Assembly (NCBI GenBank): GCA_011364965.1
Contig: RDOB01000002.1
Coordinates: 384,001 to 448,000, forward strand
Reading direction: 5' to 3'
Length of the DNA: 64,000 nt
From: Candidatus Heimdallarchaeota archaeon
GTDB lineage: Archaea > Asgardarchaeota > Heimdallarchaeia > Hodarchaeales > Hodarchaeaceae
Under the pieces are notes generated by a model that was not told where the DNA came from, ran no database searches, and saw only the letters and a program-made list of their open reading frames with translations. Of the stretch, positions 29,637 through 38,575 are shown piece after piece. Within the stretch, counting starts at the first letter, position 1. Each line of letters opens with the position of its first letter. Made by a program: the position numbers and the translations under genes.

Positions 29637-30638
29637 GTGGCAGATCCTACATTAGCTATAGCCGCTCTAGGTTTGGGTTTTTTCGTTGCATTTACGATTG
29701 GGGCCAATGATGAAACAATGACTCCGGCAGTTGGAGCTGGATTGCTCTCATTAAGTATTGCTGTTTTAATTGGAGGAATATTCAATTTTATAGGAGTTTT
29801 TTTCCTCGGTGAATCTGTTTCGAAAACGGTGGGGAATAAATTCACAGATCCCAATTTTACATTATCTCTATCCATGGTTTTTGTAATTTTGATATCAATG
29901 GCGATTTGGCTATTTATCGTTTCAATCAAAGGAGTACCAATTTCATCAACTCAAAGTATAGTCGGCAGCGTTTTGGGCGTTGTACTTATTCAACCTGGGT
30001 GGGGATTAGCTGCGCTAAATTTTGACACACTTTTTCTTGTAGTAGCTAGTTGGGTCATCAGTCCAATATTAGGATTGCTAGGAGGTTATGGGTTTTATCG
30101 TTTCATTAATTTCCTGAGGTCACAAGTAAAAACACAGGGATACTCGGATTATGAAAAACAGGAAAAAATCGCTGCTTATATCTTAGCTATATTTCTATTA
30201 TTTTCTGTTTTCAGTCGGAGTGGCAATGATGTAGCAAAAGCGATCGGACCATTAATGGTTGAAGATCTATTCTTAAATGATCCATTACCTGCTTTAATTG
30301 CAGGAGGATTCGGAATGTGCTTAGGTGTTATTATTTTGGGTCGTAGAGTGGTTAAAAAACTTGCTCTGGATGTTGTAGCCCTTTCTCCGATGTCTGCACT
30401 GGCTGCTAGTGTATCAGTTTCAATTATTATGTTTTTTGGTACTTTGATGGGAATCCCGCTATCAGGATCCCATATATTAGTTGCTGCATTCATTGGTGTC
30501 GGGTTTGTCAATAAGGAGAAAGTAGATAAAGATTCGCTAAAGGAAATAGGAATTAGCTGGATTATAACCACACCAATTTCAGCGGTCTTCTCAGCTTTAG
30601 TATTCATTATATTTGGATTTTTTGGTTTAAATTTCTAA
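29637..30638 (+). CDS. pit: Inorganic phosphate transporter (PiT family)
   Basis: GAND and GNDVAKA signature repeats; PISSTQS and PLSGSH. Confidence 0.92.
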   Translation: MADPTLAIAALGLGFFVAFTIGANDETMTPAVGAGLLSLSIAVLIGGIFNFIGVFFLGESVSKTVGNKFTDPNFTLSLSMVFVILISMAIWLFIVSIKGVPISSTQSIVGSVLGVVLIQPGWGLAALNFDTLFLVVASWVISPILGLLGGYGFYRFINFLRSQVKTQGYSDYEKQEKIAAYILAIFLLFSVFSRSGNDVAKAIGPLMVEDLFLNDPLPALIAGGFGMCLGVIILGRRVVKKLALDVVALSPMSALAASVSVSIIMFFGTLMGIPLSGSHILVAAFIGVGFVNKEKVDKDSLKEIGISWIITTPISAVFSALVFIIFGFFGLNF

Positions 30639-30672
30639 AATTCTCAATTCTATTATTCGTTGGAACATAATA

Positions 30673-32808
30673 ATGGAAAATCAAGAAACAAAACCGAAAT
30701 TAATTGAAATTTCTTTCCCCTTTTCTTCAGTTAGCTTAATAGCATATAAAGAAAGTAATGCAAAAAGATATTATCGACCTGTTTTGACCCTACACAAATG
30801 GTTTGCTCGTCGACTTAGCTCTGTATTTAGATCGATATTAATTTACTCAGCACTTAGTGAAAAGTCAATTAATACAATGAACATGATCAATGCATCGGAA
30901 TTAGAGAAATTTTGGACTTTCTACTTGAAAGAGTATGATTTTAAAGATATAATCGTTTTTGATCCTTTTATGGGTGGTGGTACAACAATTATTGAAGCAG
31001 TTAGGCTTGGCTTTTCGGTCATAGGTGGTGATTTAAATCCAGTTGCATGGTTTACTGTGAAGAAACAATTAGAGAGTGTAGATCTTGAAGTTTTAAATTC
31101 AAATTATAATCGAATTGTGGAAAGTCTTTATCCTGAAATTCAAGATTATTATAAAACGATATGTACGAAGTGTTCACAAGAATCGAATGTGATGTATTTT
31201 TTTTGGATAAAAAGAGTGAGATGTGAAAAGTGTGAAAATAAAATATCCCTCTTTCGGAGTTATTTATTTGCATACGACCGAAATGATTCCCAACGCGCCT
31301 TTTTCATATGCCCAAATTGCGCAGCTATTTTTAATACTGAAAATAAAGAAAAAATAGCTTGTAATGTATGCTTATATACTTTCAAGAAATCCAAATCGAA
31401 TGTAACAAGAGGAAAATACCACTGTCCAGAATGTAAGCATTTTGGAAGGATAATTGACTCGAATAGGAAATTTGGCCGCCCTGAAGAGTATTTATATGCT
31501 ATAGAATATTATTGTGACAACTGTGATTCAAGGTTTTTCAAAAAAGCAGACATTTATGACATAGAGGTTTATAAAAAGGCAGAGAAACGATTTAAAAAAA
31601 TCGAAATCCAATTACCAATTCCATCACAGTCAGTTCCAGTTGGAGCAAAAACTCAGGAGCTTCTCAATCATCAAATCAGTCACTTCAAGTATATGTTTAA
31701 TTCACGACAATTATTAACCCTTGGTCTACTACTGGACAAAATTTTGGAGATTAAAGATAGAAATATTAGGGAATTTTTGCTTATTACTTTTTCTACTGCT
31801 CTAGAATACAATAATTTGTTATGTGAATATCATAGAAAAAATCATTATATCTACAATCTTTTCAGAAAACATGCTTTTCCAGCTACTTTGAATCCTGTTG
31901 AAAATAATGTTCTAGGAACAAGTAGGTTTGGTACTGGATCTTTTAGACAATTCTTCAAAAAAACCTTGAAAATTAAGGAATATTGTCAAAATCCTTATGA
32001 AACATATATTTCGGCAGATGGAAAAGTTCAACGGCTGTCAATGAACAAGGCAATCAATAGTCCAATAGTATATGAATTTAGAGTATTTGAGGAATCAAGA
32101 ACGCCACCATATATTTATTGTAGTTCTTCCACTCATACTGATATCCCATCCAATTATGTTGATCTAGTAATTACTGACCCTCCATATTCAGATAATGTAC
32201 AATATGCTGAATTATCAGATTTTTATTATGTATGGCTTCGTATAGATCTTCAAGATCAGTATGCTTGGTTTAAACCAGAGTTCACCCCAAAAAACGATGA
32301 AATTGTTAAAAATACTAAACGTGGAAAATCAAACCTCGACTACCAAAAAGGATTGATTGCTGTTTTTCGGGATATTTACCGGGTTTTAAAATCAGATGGT
32401 CTATTAATATTTACATTTCATCATAAACAATTGAAAGCGTGGGGTGCACTAATGGAAAGCCTTATCCAAGCAAAATTTTCCATTATAAATGTTTATCCCG
32501 TAAGAAGTGAAATGGTTACTAGTACACAAATACGAGGATCAAAAAGTATTGAAATTGATGCTATTTTTGTCTGTAAAAAGGCTTATTTTGAACCAAAATG
32601 CATTGAATGGGATTCATTTGAATCTAATTTAATAACCAATACGAAAAAACGCATAAAGTCTTTTTCTAAGGAAAATACACTTTCCAAACAAGATCGAGCT
32701 GTCATCAAAGTTAGTGAGAGTCTTAGATTAATATCTAAGCATTATCCACATATTTATGAAAAACGGACTCACATTTCAATAATTGATATTCTCGAACGGA
32801 TATTTTAA
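30673..32808 (+). CDS. Zn-ribbon-containing amino DNA methyltransferase (COG1743/DUF1156-like), copy 2
   Basis: LHKWFARRL, DPFMGGGT, six CxxC, TDPPY, FTFHH; clear paralogue of 26757..28838. Confidence 0.88.
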   Translation: MENQETKPKLIEISFPFSSVSLIAYKESNAKRYYRPVLTLHKWFARRLSSVFRSILIYSALSEKSINTMNMINASELEKFWTFYLKEYDFKDIIVFDPFMGGGTTIIEAVRLGFSVIGGDLNPVAWFTVKKQLESVDLEVLNSNYNRIVESLYPEIQDYYKTICTKCSQESNVMYFFWIKRVRCEKCENKISLFRSYLFAYDRNDSQRAFFICPNCAAIFNTENKEKIACNVCLYTFKKSKSNVTRGKYHCPECKHFGRIIDSNRKFGRPEEYLYAIEYYCDNCDSRFFKKADIYDIEVYKKAEKRFKKIEIQLPIPSQSVPVGAKTQELLNHQISHFKYMFNSRQLLTLGLLLDKILEIKDRNIREFLLITFSTALEYNNLLCEYHRKNHYIYNLFRKHAFPATLNPVENNVLGTSRFGTGSFRQFFKKTLKIKEYCQNPYETYISADGKVQRLSMNKAINSPIVYEFRVFEESRTPPYIYCSSSTHTDIPSNYVDLVITDPPYSDNVQYAELSDFYYVWLRIDLQDQYAWFKPEFTPKNDEIVKNTKRGKSNLDYQKGLIAVFRDIYRVLKSDGLLIFTFHHKQLKAWGALMESLIQAKFSIINVYPVRSEMVTSTQIRGSKSIEIDAIFVCKKAYFEPKCIEWDSFESNLITNTKKRIKSFSKENTLSKQDRAVIKVSESLRLISKHYPHIYEKRTHISIIDILERIF

Positions 32809-33593
32809 TCTTCCAATCTCTTTTCTTTTTCGTAAATCCATCTTGTTAAGTACATGAAAGGCGTATCGATAATTCCAAGAATCCACTTCATAATTATTTG
32901 TCCCACAATGAGTGTAACAATCACATCGATTGGTAATACTAAAATGGAAGCAGAAGAATCAAAAATTGCTTGTATGCTAGGCAAAATAAAGAAGGCCAAT
33001 GGTATAAAGAGAAAAGAGTCAATTCCTAGACTTAATATATCACTAAATACATTTCTAACCCATAAGAACTTCCACCAATCTCTAGATTCTGTTTTTATTT
33101 CGAAATATTTCTTCAAATTATCATAAATCCATGCATCAAATCGTTCACTTACAAAAAAACTAATCCAAGATGCTAAAGTAATAGCGGGGACTATTGCAAA
33201 ACTTAATAATGGATCATATGGCAAATATGTGTTTTCTGGCATTGGAAGCACAATAGCAAATGCTAAAGAGATAACCAGAATAATTTGAGTGATTAGGGCG
33301 ATCCAGATCATTTCGTATACCGCTTTCCGTCCAAATTTTTCATTTACCATGTCCGTTATTTGTAATGTAAAAGGAAAAACTAGTACACCTGCTGGCGCTA
33401 CTACTTGAAATAACCCAAAATCAAACCAAGTTTGACTTTTAGCAGCGAAAAACTGGGCTATTGTTAAAAATAAAATATAAATTCCGAGTAGCATATGATA
33501 TGAGTCTTTTTTTACAGTGTACCAAGCTCCGATATATGAAACTCCTCCTAGTAGGAAAAATATACCAAAACTAACTATTAACCCTTCAAACAT
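32805..33593 (-). CDS. yhhQ: Queuosine/archaeosine precursor (preQ0/preQ1) transporter, YhhQ/VUT family
   Basis: PAGVLVFPFTLQITDMVNEKFG, ASWISFFVSERFD, WVRNVFSD, IDTPFMY. Confidence 0.9.
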   Translation of the reverse strand: MFEGLIVSFGIFFLLGGVSYIGAWYTVKKDSYHMLLGIYILFLTIAQFFAAKSQTWFDFGLFQVVAPAGVLVFPFTLQITDMVNEKFGRKAVYEMIWIALITQIILVISLAFAIVLPMPENTYLPYDPLLSFAIVPAITLASWISFFVSERFDAWIYDNLKKYFEIKTESRDWWKFLWVRNVFSDILSLGIDSFLFIPLAFFILPSIQAIFDSSASILVLPIDVIVTLIVGQIIMKWILGIIDTPFMYLTRWIYEKEKRLED

Positions 33594-33628
33594 ACTTTTT
33601 AAACTCCTTTTTCATCATCCAGTATTAA

Positions 33629-33796
33629 TCATCCTTGTCGTTTGTCGATCGCGTCAAGATCATCAAGTAATTTTCGTAATGCGGTACGAACTGCATCACT
33701 GAGCGAAACAAATTTCTTATCGTCCCCAATATGATTTTTAATGTCGTCTAGAATATGTTGAGGAACATCAACTGAGATTTTAGGAATATTAAACAT
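33629..33796 (-). CDS. Ribbon-helix-helix (CopG/Arc/MetJ) regulator, 55 aa, below the ORF-track cutoff
   Basis: Manual translation MFNIPKISVDVPQHILDDIKNHIGDDKKFVSLSDAVRTALRKLLDDLDAIDKRQG shows a beta strand ISVDV and the S-x-S-D-A-V-R-x-A-L helix. GGAG precedes the ATG; co-oriented with yhhQ. Confidence 0.85.
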   Translation of the reverse strand: MFNIPKISVDVPQHILDDIKNHIGDDKKFVSLSDAVRTALRKLLDDLDAIDKRQG

Positions 33797-33849
33797 CTCC
33801 AAATGAATACAAAGACGTATGATATTCGTGAGATATTCCCAGGGTATTC
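33784..33849. promoter_or_regulatory. Phased GRTATTC repeat array upstream of the RHH-yhhQ operon
   Basis: GATATTC 33821-27, GATATTC 33832-38, GGTATTC 33843-49 (exact 11-bp period); inverted copies GAATAC 33805-10 and GAATAT 33784-89. Confidence 0.55.
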
Positions 33850-33934
33850 TTATATGTATTGCTTAAGTCAAATCAATTGCTAGAATGACTAAAATGTTAA
33901 ATTCAGTGATAATGTAATTTCCTTTGAATTGAAG

Positions 33935-34474
33935 TTAAATTTCCCCTTTGATTTCTAGAACCATTCGTCGAAACTTCATGAGTTCCTCCCCTTTTAATAA
34001 TCCACGGGAAAATTCATCTTCAGTTATCCGCTCATTTTTCTTTAAAGACAACAAAATCGCTTTAAACTCATCCCAACTCATTCTAGAGCTTTGAAGTGCT
34101 AACCAAGCTTCTCTATAACTTTTCGGGGTGATATTTATTATCTTGCGTTGAGTAATGAAATTCTTGGCCCTTTTAAGAGCTCTATAATATGTATCATCCC
34201 CAATCTCATCGTTTATAAGTTGTTTATAGACCAATGCCTTGAATTCCTTATACGATATTAGATGGTTTTCAAGTTTCATCCAAGCAATAGCATAGGATTT
34301 CGGTCTACCTACGTGCTTTTTTGAAATATACGAATATGTACTTAATGCAGAGAGGACATCATCAGGTGAAAGATTTGAGATTAGTTTCTCACATTCATTT
34401 TTTAAAGCCTCATTCCATCCATTTTTTGTTTTTAAAAATAAAATTAGCGAATTAGGCCCTCCTTGGGATATCAT
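33935..34474 (-). CDS. Hypothetical protein with two 59-aa internal repeats
   Basis: PKSY-x2-AW-x2-L-x5-S-x2-EFKA occurs at aa 58 and aa 117; GAGG SD-like sequence upstream. Confidence 0.7.
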   Translation of the reverse strand: MISQGGPNSLILFLKTKNGWNEALKNECEKLISNLSPDDVLSALSTYSYISKKHVGRPKSYAIAWMKLENHLISYKEFKALVYKQLINDEIGDDTYYRALKRAKNFITQRKIINITPKSYREAWLALQSSRMSWDEFKAILLSLKKNERITEDEFSRGLLKGEELMKFRRMVLEIKGEI

Positions 34475-34641
34475 ATTACCTCAACCCTAGAATCATTGCA
34501 TTTTATATTTATTGTAAGAGATATAAAACTCTTACGGAGATATTTGTATTTAACAAGAAGTAAAATTCCAGTATATAAATAGAAAGAATGTAAGTGAAAC
34601 ACAGAAAAAATAATTGAAAATTGTAAAAATAGGGGAAAATA

Positions 34642-35808
34642 ATGAATTTCACAATAGCTCTCTTACTTGATCTTTTACAAGGTGTTGCATTTGTCACATT
34701 AATGACAGTAGCAGCATTTGAGTAATACAAGTTATATCAAAAATACCCATTTCAAGGATTACGATTATTTTTCTGGGATCTTTTACTATCTACAGCTGCT
34801 GTTTTAACAGTAGTGATTATTATCGTTTTACATGTCTTCGAAATTGATATTCTTATAAAAGAATTGTTAATAAACAATTATAAGATTATTTATTCAATCG
34901 GTACAATTGGGATTGGAGCTTTTGCCTTGGGAATATATGCAATAAGACCCCATGAGAATGAAAAGGGTTGGTCAAGGACACAAATTTTTATTGGAGGGAT
35001 TGGTGGATTTACTGTAGGTTTAATATTTCTAACATTGTCTTACTCTTGGTTAGATACAAACGACTTCAAGAATGGGGATATTTTTATTGAGTATAACATT
35101 TTTGTGAGTATTGGAATCTTACTATTGGTTCTTTTGATTGGTATAAATGGACTAAGACATTACTCCTTTATTAATCGATTAAGGGAATTTCAGAGAAGAC
35201 CAGTCGAATTTGATACGAATTGGCCGCCACTTGCATATTTTTCAACGATTTGCTCTGTCATTGTACTTTTTCTCCAGTGATTGCCAATAATAGAAAGTTT
35301 CCAACTTTCTCTTACCTTTGCTATACCATTGAGTTTAGCCGCGTTCGCTTTTACAAAAACTTTTCGGAAATATCCCTCTTTATTGACAATAACAATCGCA
35401 AAATTAGATTCATTAATTATAATCAGCTCTTCTGGGATTCCATTGTTTGCTTATGATTTTAAGGAAAGGGAAGGGAATTTAGATGGTTTGGCGATTATGC
35501 TAGGTAGTGTTCTTTCAACGTTCAATATCAGTCTGTGTGAAACTCTAGATAGCGATTCTAGCTTGCTTACTATTGCTTTTCAAAATAAGGTCATTTTAAT
35601 TGACTCTGAATATAAATTCTCGATTTATTTAATATGTTCAGAGAATAATATAATAATCGCTGATTTAATAACTTTATTCGCCCAAAGATTCACGCAAAGA
35701 TTTTCTATATTTATGGACAAAGAGCTAGGCCTAACTTCAAAAGAAAAATTTCGTGATTTTTCAAAAATTGTGGAAGTACTTGCGCAATTCGCTCCACTCT
35801 GTTATTAA
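34642..35808 (+). pseudogene. Multi-TM protein with C-terminal longin/roadblock-like domain, interrupted by two in-frame stops
   Basis: ATG 34642, track ORF 34813..35280 and track ORF 35281..35808 share one frame (389 codons), with TAA at 34723-25 and TGA at 35278-80. The C-terminus LIIISSSGIPLFAYDF...F..RF...FRDF is longin-like. Confidence 0.75.
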
Positions 35809-35813
35809 AAGCT

Positions 35814-36221
35814 TTATTTAGAATAAATATATTTTCCTGCAGCGAGGTTTTTAAGATCGATCAGAACTTTATTTGGAATATGATCAATATGCTTAAGTTT
35901 GGCTTCTTCAATTCGTAACTTCTTCAAATTTTCCGCTAATTCCCTCATTACCTCATTAAAATCTTTCAAAAGATAAACATCAATTAATTCTGGAGCATGA
36001 TGCATGATCTCAAGACGTGCTTCTGGGATATAGATAACTCCTCTTCTAACAAGTCTAAATATATGAGAGACTAAGCAACTTAACTCTTCTGGTTTTGTAA
36101 CTCCTACAAGGGAAGTTATCAAATTTAAAGTTTGTCTTTCTGCTTGTCGAAAGGCTGATACGATTAATACTTCCCAAGCTAGATCTTCCACTAAGGGATC
36201 AATGTCTTGAGTATTCATCAA
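35814..36221 (-). CDS. Hypothetical protein, possible winged helix plus coiled coil
   Basis: LAWEVL...LNLITSLVG...IFRLVRRGVIYI followed by a heptad-like segment. Confidence 0.55.
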   Translation of the reverse strand: MMNTQDIDPLVEDLAWEVLIVSAFRQAERQTLNLITSLVGVTKPEELSCLVSHIFRLVRRGVIYIPEARLEIMHHAPELIDVYLLKDFNEVMRELAENLKKLRIEEAKLKHIDHIPNKVLIDLKNLAAGKYIYSK

Positions 36222-36497
36222 TGATATAGCTGTAGAAATTATATAAATGAGCTTCTAGATAAGTCTTCCGTAGAATACGAGAATAATACTTCCTGATCAA
36301 ACATAATAAATTCAGAAAAATGAATTTAAGTAATCTGGAATCTATTTCAATAATAATTCAAAGAAAGTTCTAAGTAAGGGAGTATTCTCTCTTCATTGGT
36401 TTATATACTATAAACATTACTAGCAAGGAGTTATCATGGCCAGTTACTATTTAAACTCTATTAATATCACCAAAAATATTAGTTCGGTGCACTGTTA

Positions 36498-37163
36498 ATG
36501 CAATCGGAGATATTTAAGTTATTACTGGAAAATTATCCTAGAATGGATCCACATCATGAAACATGGGAATTATGGATGAAACCAAACAAGACCAACTTTG
36601 AATTCTATGAAGTTGCAATTGGAACAATACTCGTTCAGAATACTAATTGGACAAATGTGAATAAAGCAATAAATAATCTAAAAAATAATTCTATTACTAG
36701 CTTCAAACAGATGGTTGAATTAAATAAAGACGATTTAATTGATTTAATAAAACCTGCAGGATTTTACAGACAAAAAGCAGAATATTTACTTATTCTGAGC
36801 AATAAAATGATAGAATTACTACAAAACAGAACCATTCCAAACCGTAGTCAATTACTTGATCTGAAAGGAATAGGAAATGAGACTGCTGATTCACTCCTAG
36901 TTTACTGCTATCAACAAGCAAGCCCCATCATTGGAACTTATACACGCAGATTTTTCGCGAGGAATGAGGGGAGTGTAGTTTATTATACTATGAGATATAA
37001 TGACTTTCAATATGAGATTGAAACTCTCTTAGGGTTAGATTTCGAAATTCTTGGTCGATTTCATGCTCTCGTTGTATGTCACTGCCAAAATTTGTGTCAT
37101 AAATTGAAACCGATGTGTAAGAATTGTTTCCTTACAAACACTTGCCAAAATTCAATTTTTTAG
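36498..37163 (+). CDS. Endonuclease III-related HhH-GPD protein (COG2231-like) with [4Fe-4S] motif
   Basis: ILVQNTNWTNV, PAGFYRQKA, HhH LKGIGNETADS, C-x6-C-x2-C-x5-C. Confidence 0.88.
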   Translation: MQSEIFKLLLENYPRMDPHHETWELWMKPNKTNFEFYEVAIGTILVQNTNWTNVNKAINNLKNNSITSFKQMVELNKDDLIDLIKPAGFYRQKAEYLLILSNKMIELLQNRTIPNRSQLLDLKGIGNETADSLLVYCYQQASPIIGTYTRRFFARNEGSVVYYTMRYNDFQYEIETLLGLDFEILGRFHALVVCHCQNLCHKLKPMCKNCFLTNTCQNSIF

Positions 37164-37206
37164 GAAAAGTGTATTATTCTCTTATGATATGCTATCTTAT
37201 TTCAAT

Positions 37207-37734
37207 TTATTCGGCTGTAAGAATGTCCAAAAGGAGTTCATCAATCCATTGCCCATTTCGGAAAATTGCTTGCCTTCTCCTTCCCATTTCTTGAAACCCA
37301 ACTTTTTTATAGCACGCTCGAGCTCGTAAGTTATTTTCAAATACAGTAAGGCCGATCGAGTGTAAATTAAGAGATTTAAAACCGAAATTTAAAATCACTT
37401 TTAAAGCATCAGATCCATATCCCTTACCCCAATATCCAGGATTAAAAATAGCAATTCCAATCAATCCCCTCCTATTGATTTGGTTTTCAATGCTTATTTC
37501 TACATTTCCTATATATTTATATTCTTCAGAATTAACAGTGATAGCAAAAATATAATCTTTTCCTTCTACTCGGCGCCTCCAAGTATTTCGAATCCAAGCT
37601 TCCTCTTCTTCGCGAGAATGTGGTATAATTGTAAATAAGAATTCACGAACATCTTCTCTATTCCAATATTTCATTAATTCATCCAAATCAGTTACTTCTA
37701 ATCCTCTTAATGTGACTAAATCTCCTTTATACAC
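37207..37734 (-). CDS. RimJ/RimL-like GNAT acetyltransferase
   Basis: YWGKGYGSDAL, NLRARACYKKVGF. Confidence 0.9.
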   Translation of the reverse strand: MYKGDLVTLRGLEVTDLDELMKYWNREDVREFLFTIIPHSREEEEAWIRNTWRRRVEGKDYIFAITVNSEEYKYIGNVEISIENQINRRGLIGIAIFNPGYWGKGYGSDALKVILNFGFKSLNLHSIGLTVFENNLRARACYKKVGFQEMGRRRQAIFRNGQWIDELLLDILTAE

Positions 37735-37926
37735 TCATTTCACCAATAGATTCTAATTGTACCGAATTAAGTTTTTACTATTTTCTTATTCTTTACTCAA
37801 GTTACTGATAATAAGCAATTTGTAACAGGATTAGTTAAAAAAATATTTATCTCAACCATCTTCTAACTTATCTTAAGATTAATTTTTGGTAAATCACCTA
37901 ATAATCGTAAGGCGGAAGATGAATTA

Positions 37927-38385
37927 ATGAATCTGGAAGAATTCATTAAAGAAAATGGATTAGCTGCTGAAATTATAAATACTATGTCCCCCACACTTAC
38001 AGTTGAACAGAGTTTTAAATTTTTTAAATGCAATGCAGATGATATTTTGAAATCAATTGTAGTAGTTACTGATGAAGGAGAATACTATCTAGTAATTTTG
38101 CAGGGAGATAGGAGGATAAAAACAAAAAAGCTTAAACAATTATTAAAAGTTCGAGATCTAAGATTAGCTTCTCCCAAGCAGGTTGAGGCCGTATCTGGCT
38201 ATAAAATTGGAAATGTCCCTCCAATTAGTGTAAATCTTCCAGTTATCGTTGATGAATTAGTGGTAGAAAGAGATAGGATTTTTTATGCAGGAGGAGGAGC
38301 AGCCTCTCGAAGTATAAAAATTGAATTGAATGAATTATTGGATTGTACGCATCCTCTTATTGCTGATGTGTCTACTCCTCTATAA
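37927..38385 (+). CDS. YbaK/EbsC aminoacyl-tRNA deacylase (INS superfamily)
   Basis: ILKSIV (conserved Lys), GYKIGNVPP, YAGGG. Confidence 0.88.
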   Translation: MNLEEFIKENGLAAEIINTMSPTLTVEQSFKFFKCNADDILKSIVVVTDEGEYYLVILQGDRRIKTKKLKQLLKVRDLRLASPKQVEAVSGYKIGNVPPISVNLPVIVDELVVERDRIFYAGGGAASRSIKIELNELLDCTHPLIADVSTPL

Positions 38386-38397
38386 AATGGGTTATGA

Positions 38398-38559
38398 ATG
38401 ATAATAAAATGTTTATTCTTTGATCATTCATATAAATTAATATCTAGGGACTTGATTAAATCTACTAAAGGTAGATTCACAAAGCAAGAATATGATGAGA
38501 GAATAAAATATCAATGTAAACGATATAGCAAGAAACTAGTTCAAGAAGAGCATTATTAA
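38398..38559 (+). CDS. Putative 53-aa protein with degenerate C-H-C-C zinc finger
   Basis: Manual translation MIIKCLFFDHSYKLISRDLIKSTKGRFTKQEYDERIKYQCKRYSKKLVQEEHY; fills the gap 12 bp after ybaK. Confidence 0.4.
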   Translation: MIIKCLFFDHSYKLISRDLIKSTKGRFTKQEYDERIKYQCKRYSKKLVQEEHY

Positions 38560-38575
38560 GATAGGATAATTCTCC

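Noticed and set aside
28721-30607. Minus-strand track ORFs 28721..29197, 29630..29929 and 30176..30607
   Set aside because: Antisense shadows of the well-supported DUF47 and pit genes, with no motifs.
26757-32808. BREX or DUF499/DUF1156 defence system
   Set aside because: No PglZ, BrxC/DUF499 ATPase or SNF2 helicase nearby.
24508-33593. Dpd (7-deazaguanine DNA modification) system from the MTases plus yhhQ
   Set aside because: No DpdA/TGT-like, DpdB or que genes in the window. yhhQ is convergent to the MTases and is explained by archaeosine salvage.
33517-33702. 61-aa plus-strand ORF (and 34509..34730, 35220..35456)
   Set aside because: These are shadows or alternate frames of the yhhQ/RHH genes and of the TM-longin pseudogene.
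35278-35280. In-frame TGA as selenocysteine or a recoded stop
   Set aside because: The context is a membrane segment with no redox motif, the same frame also has a TAA, no convincing SECIS was seen, and TGA terminates other genes here normally.
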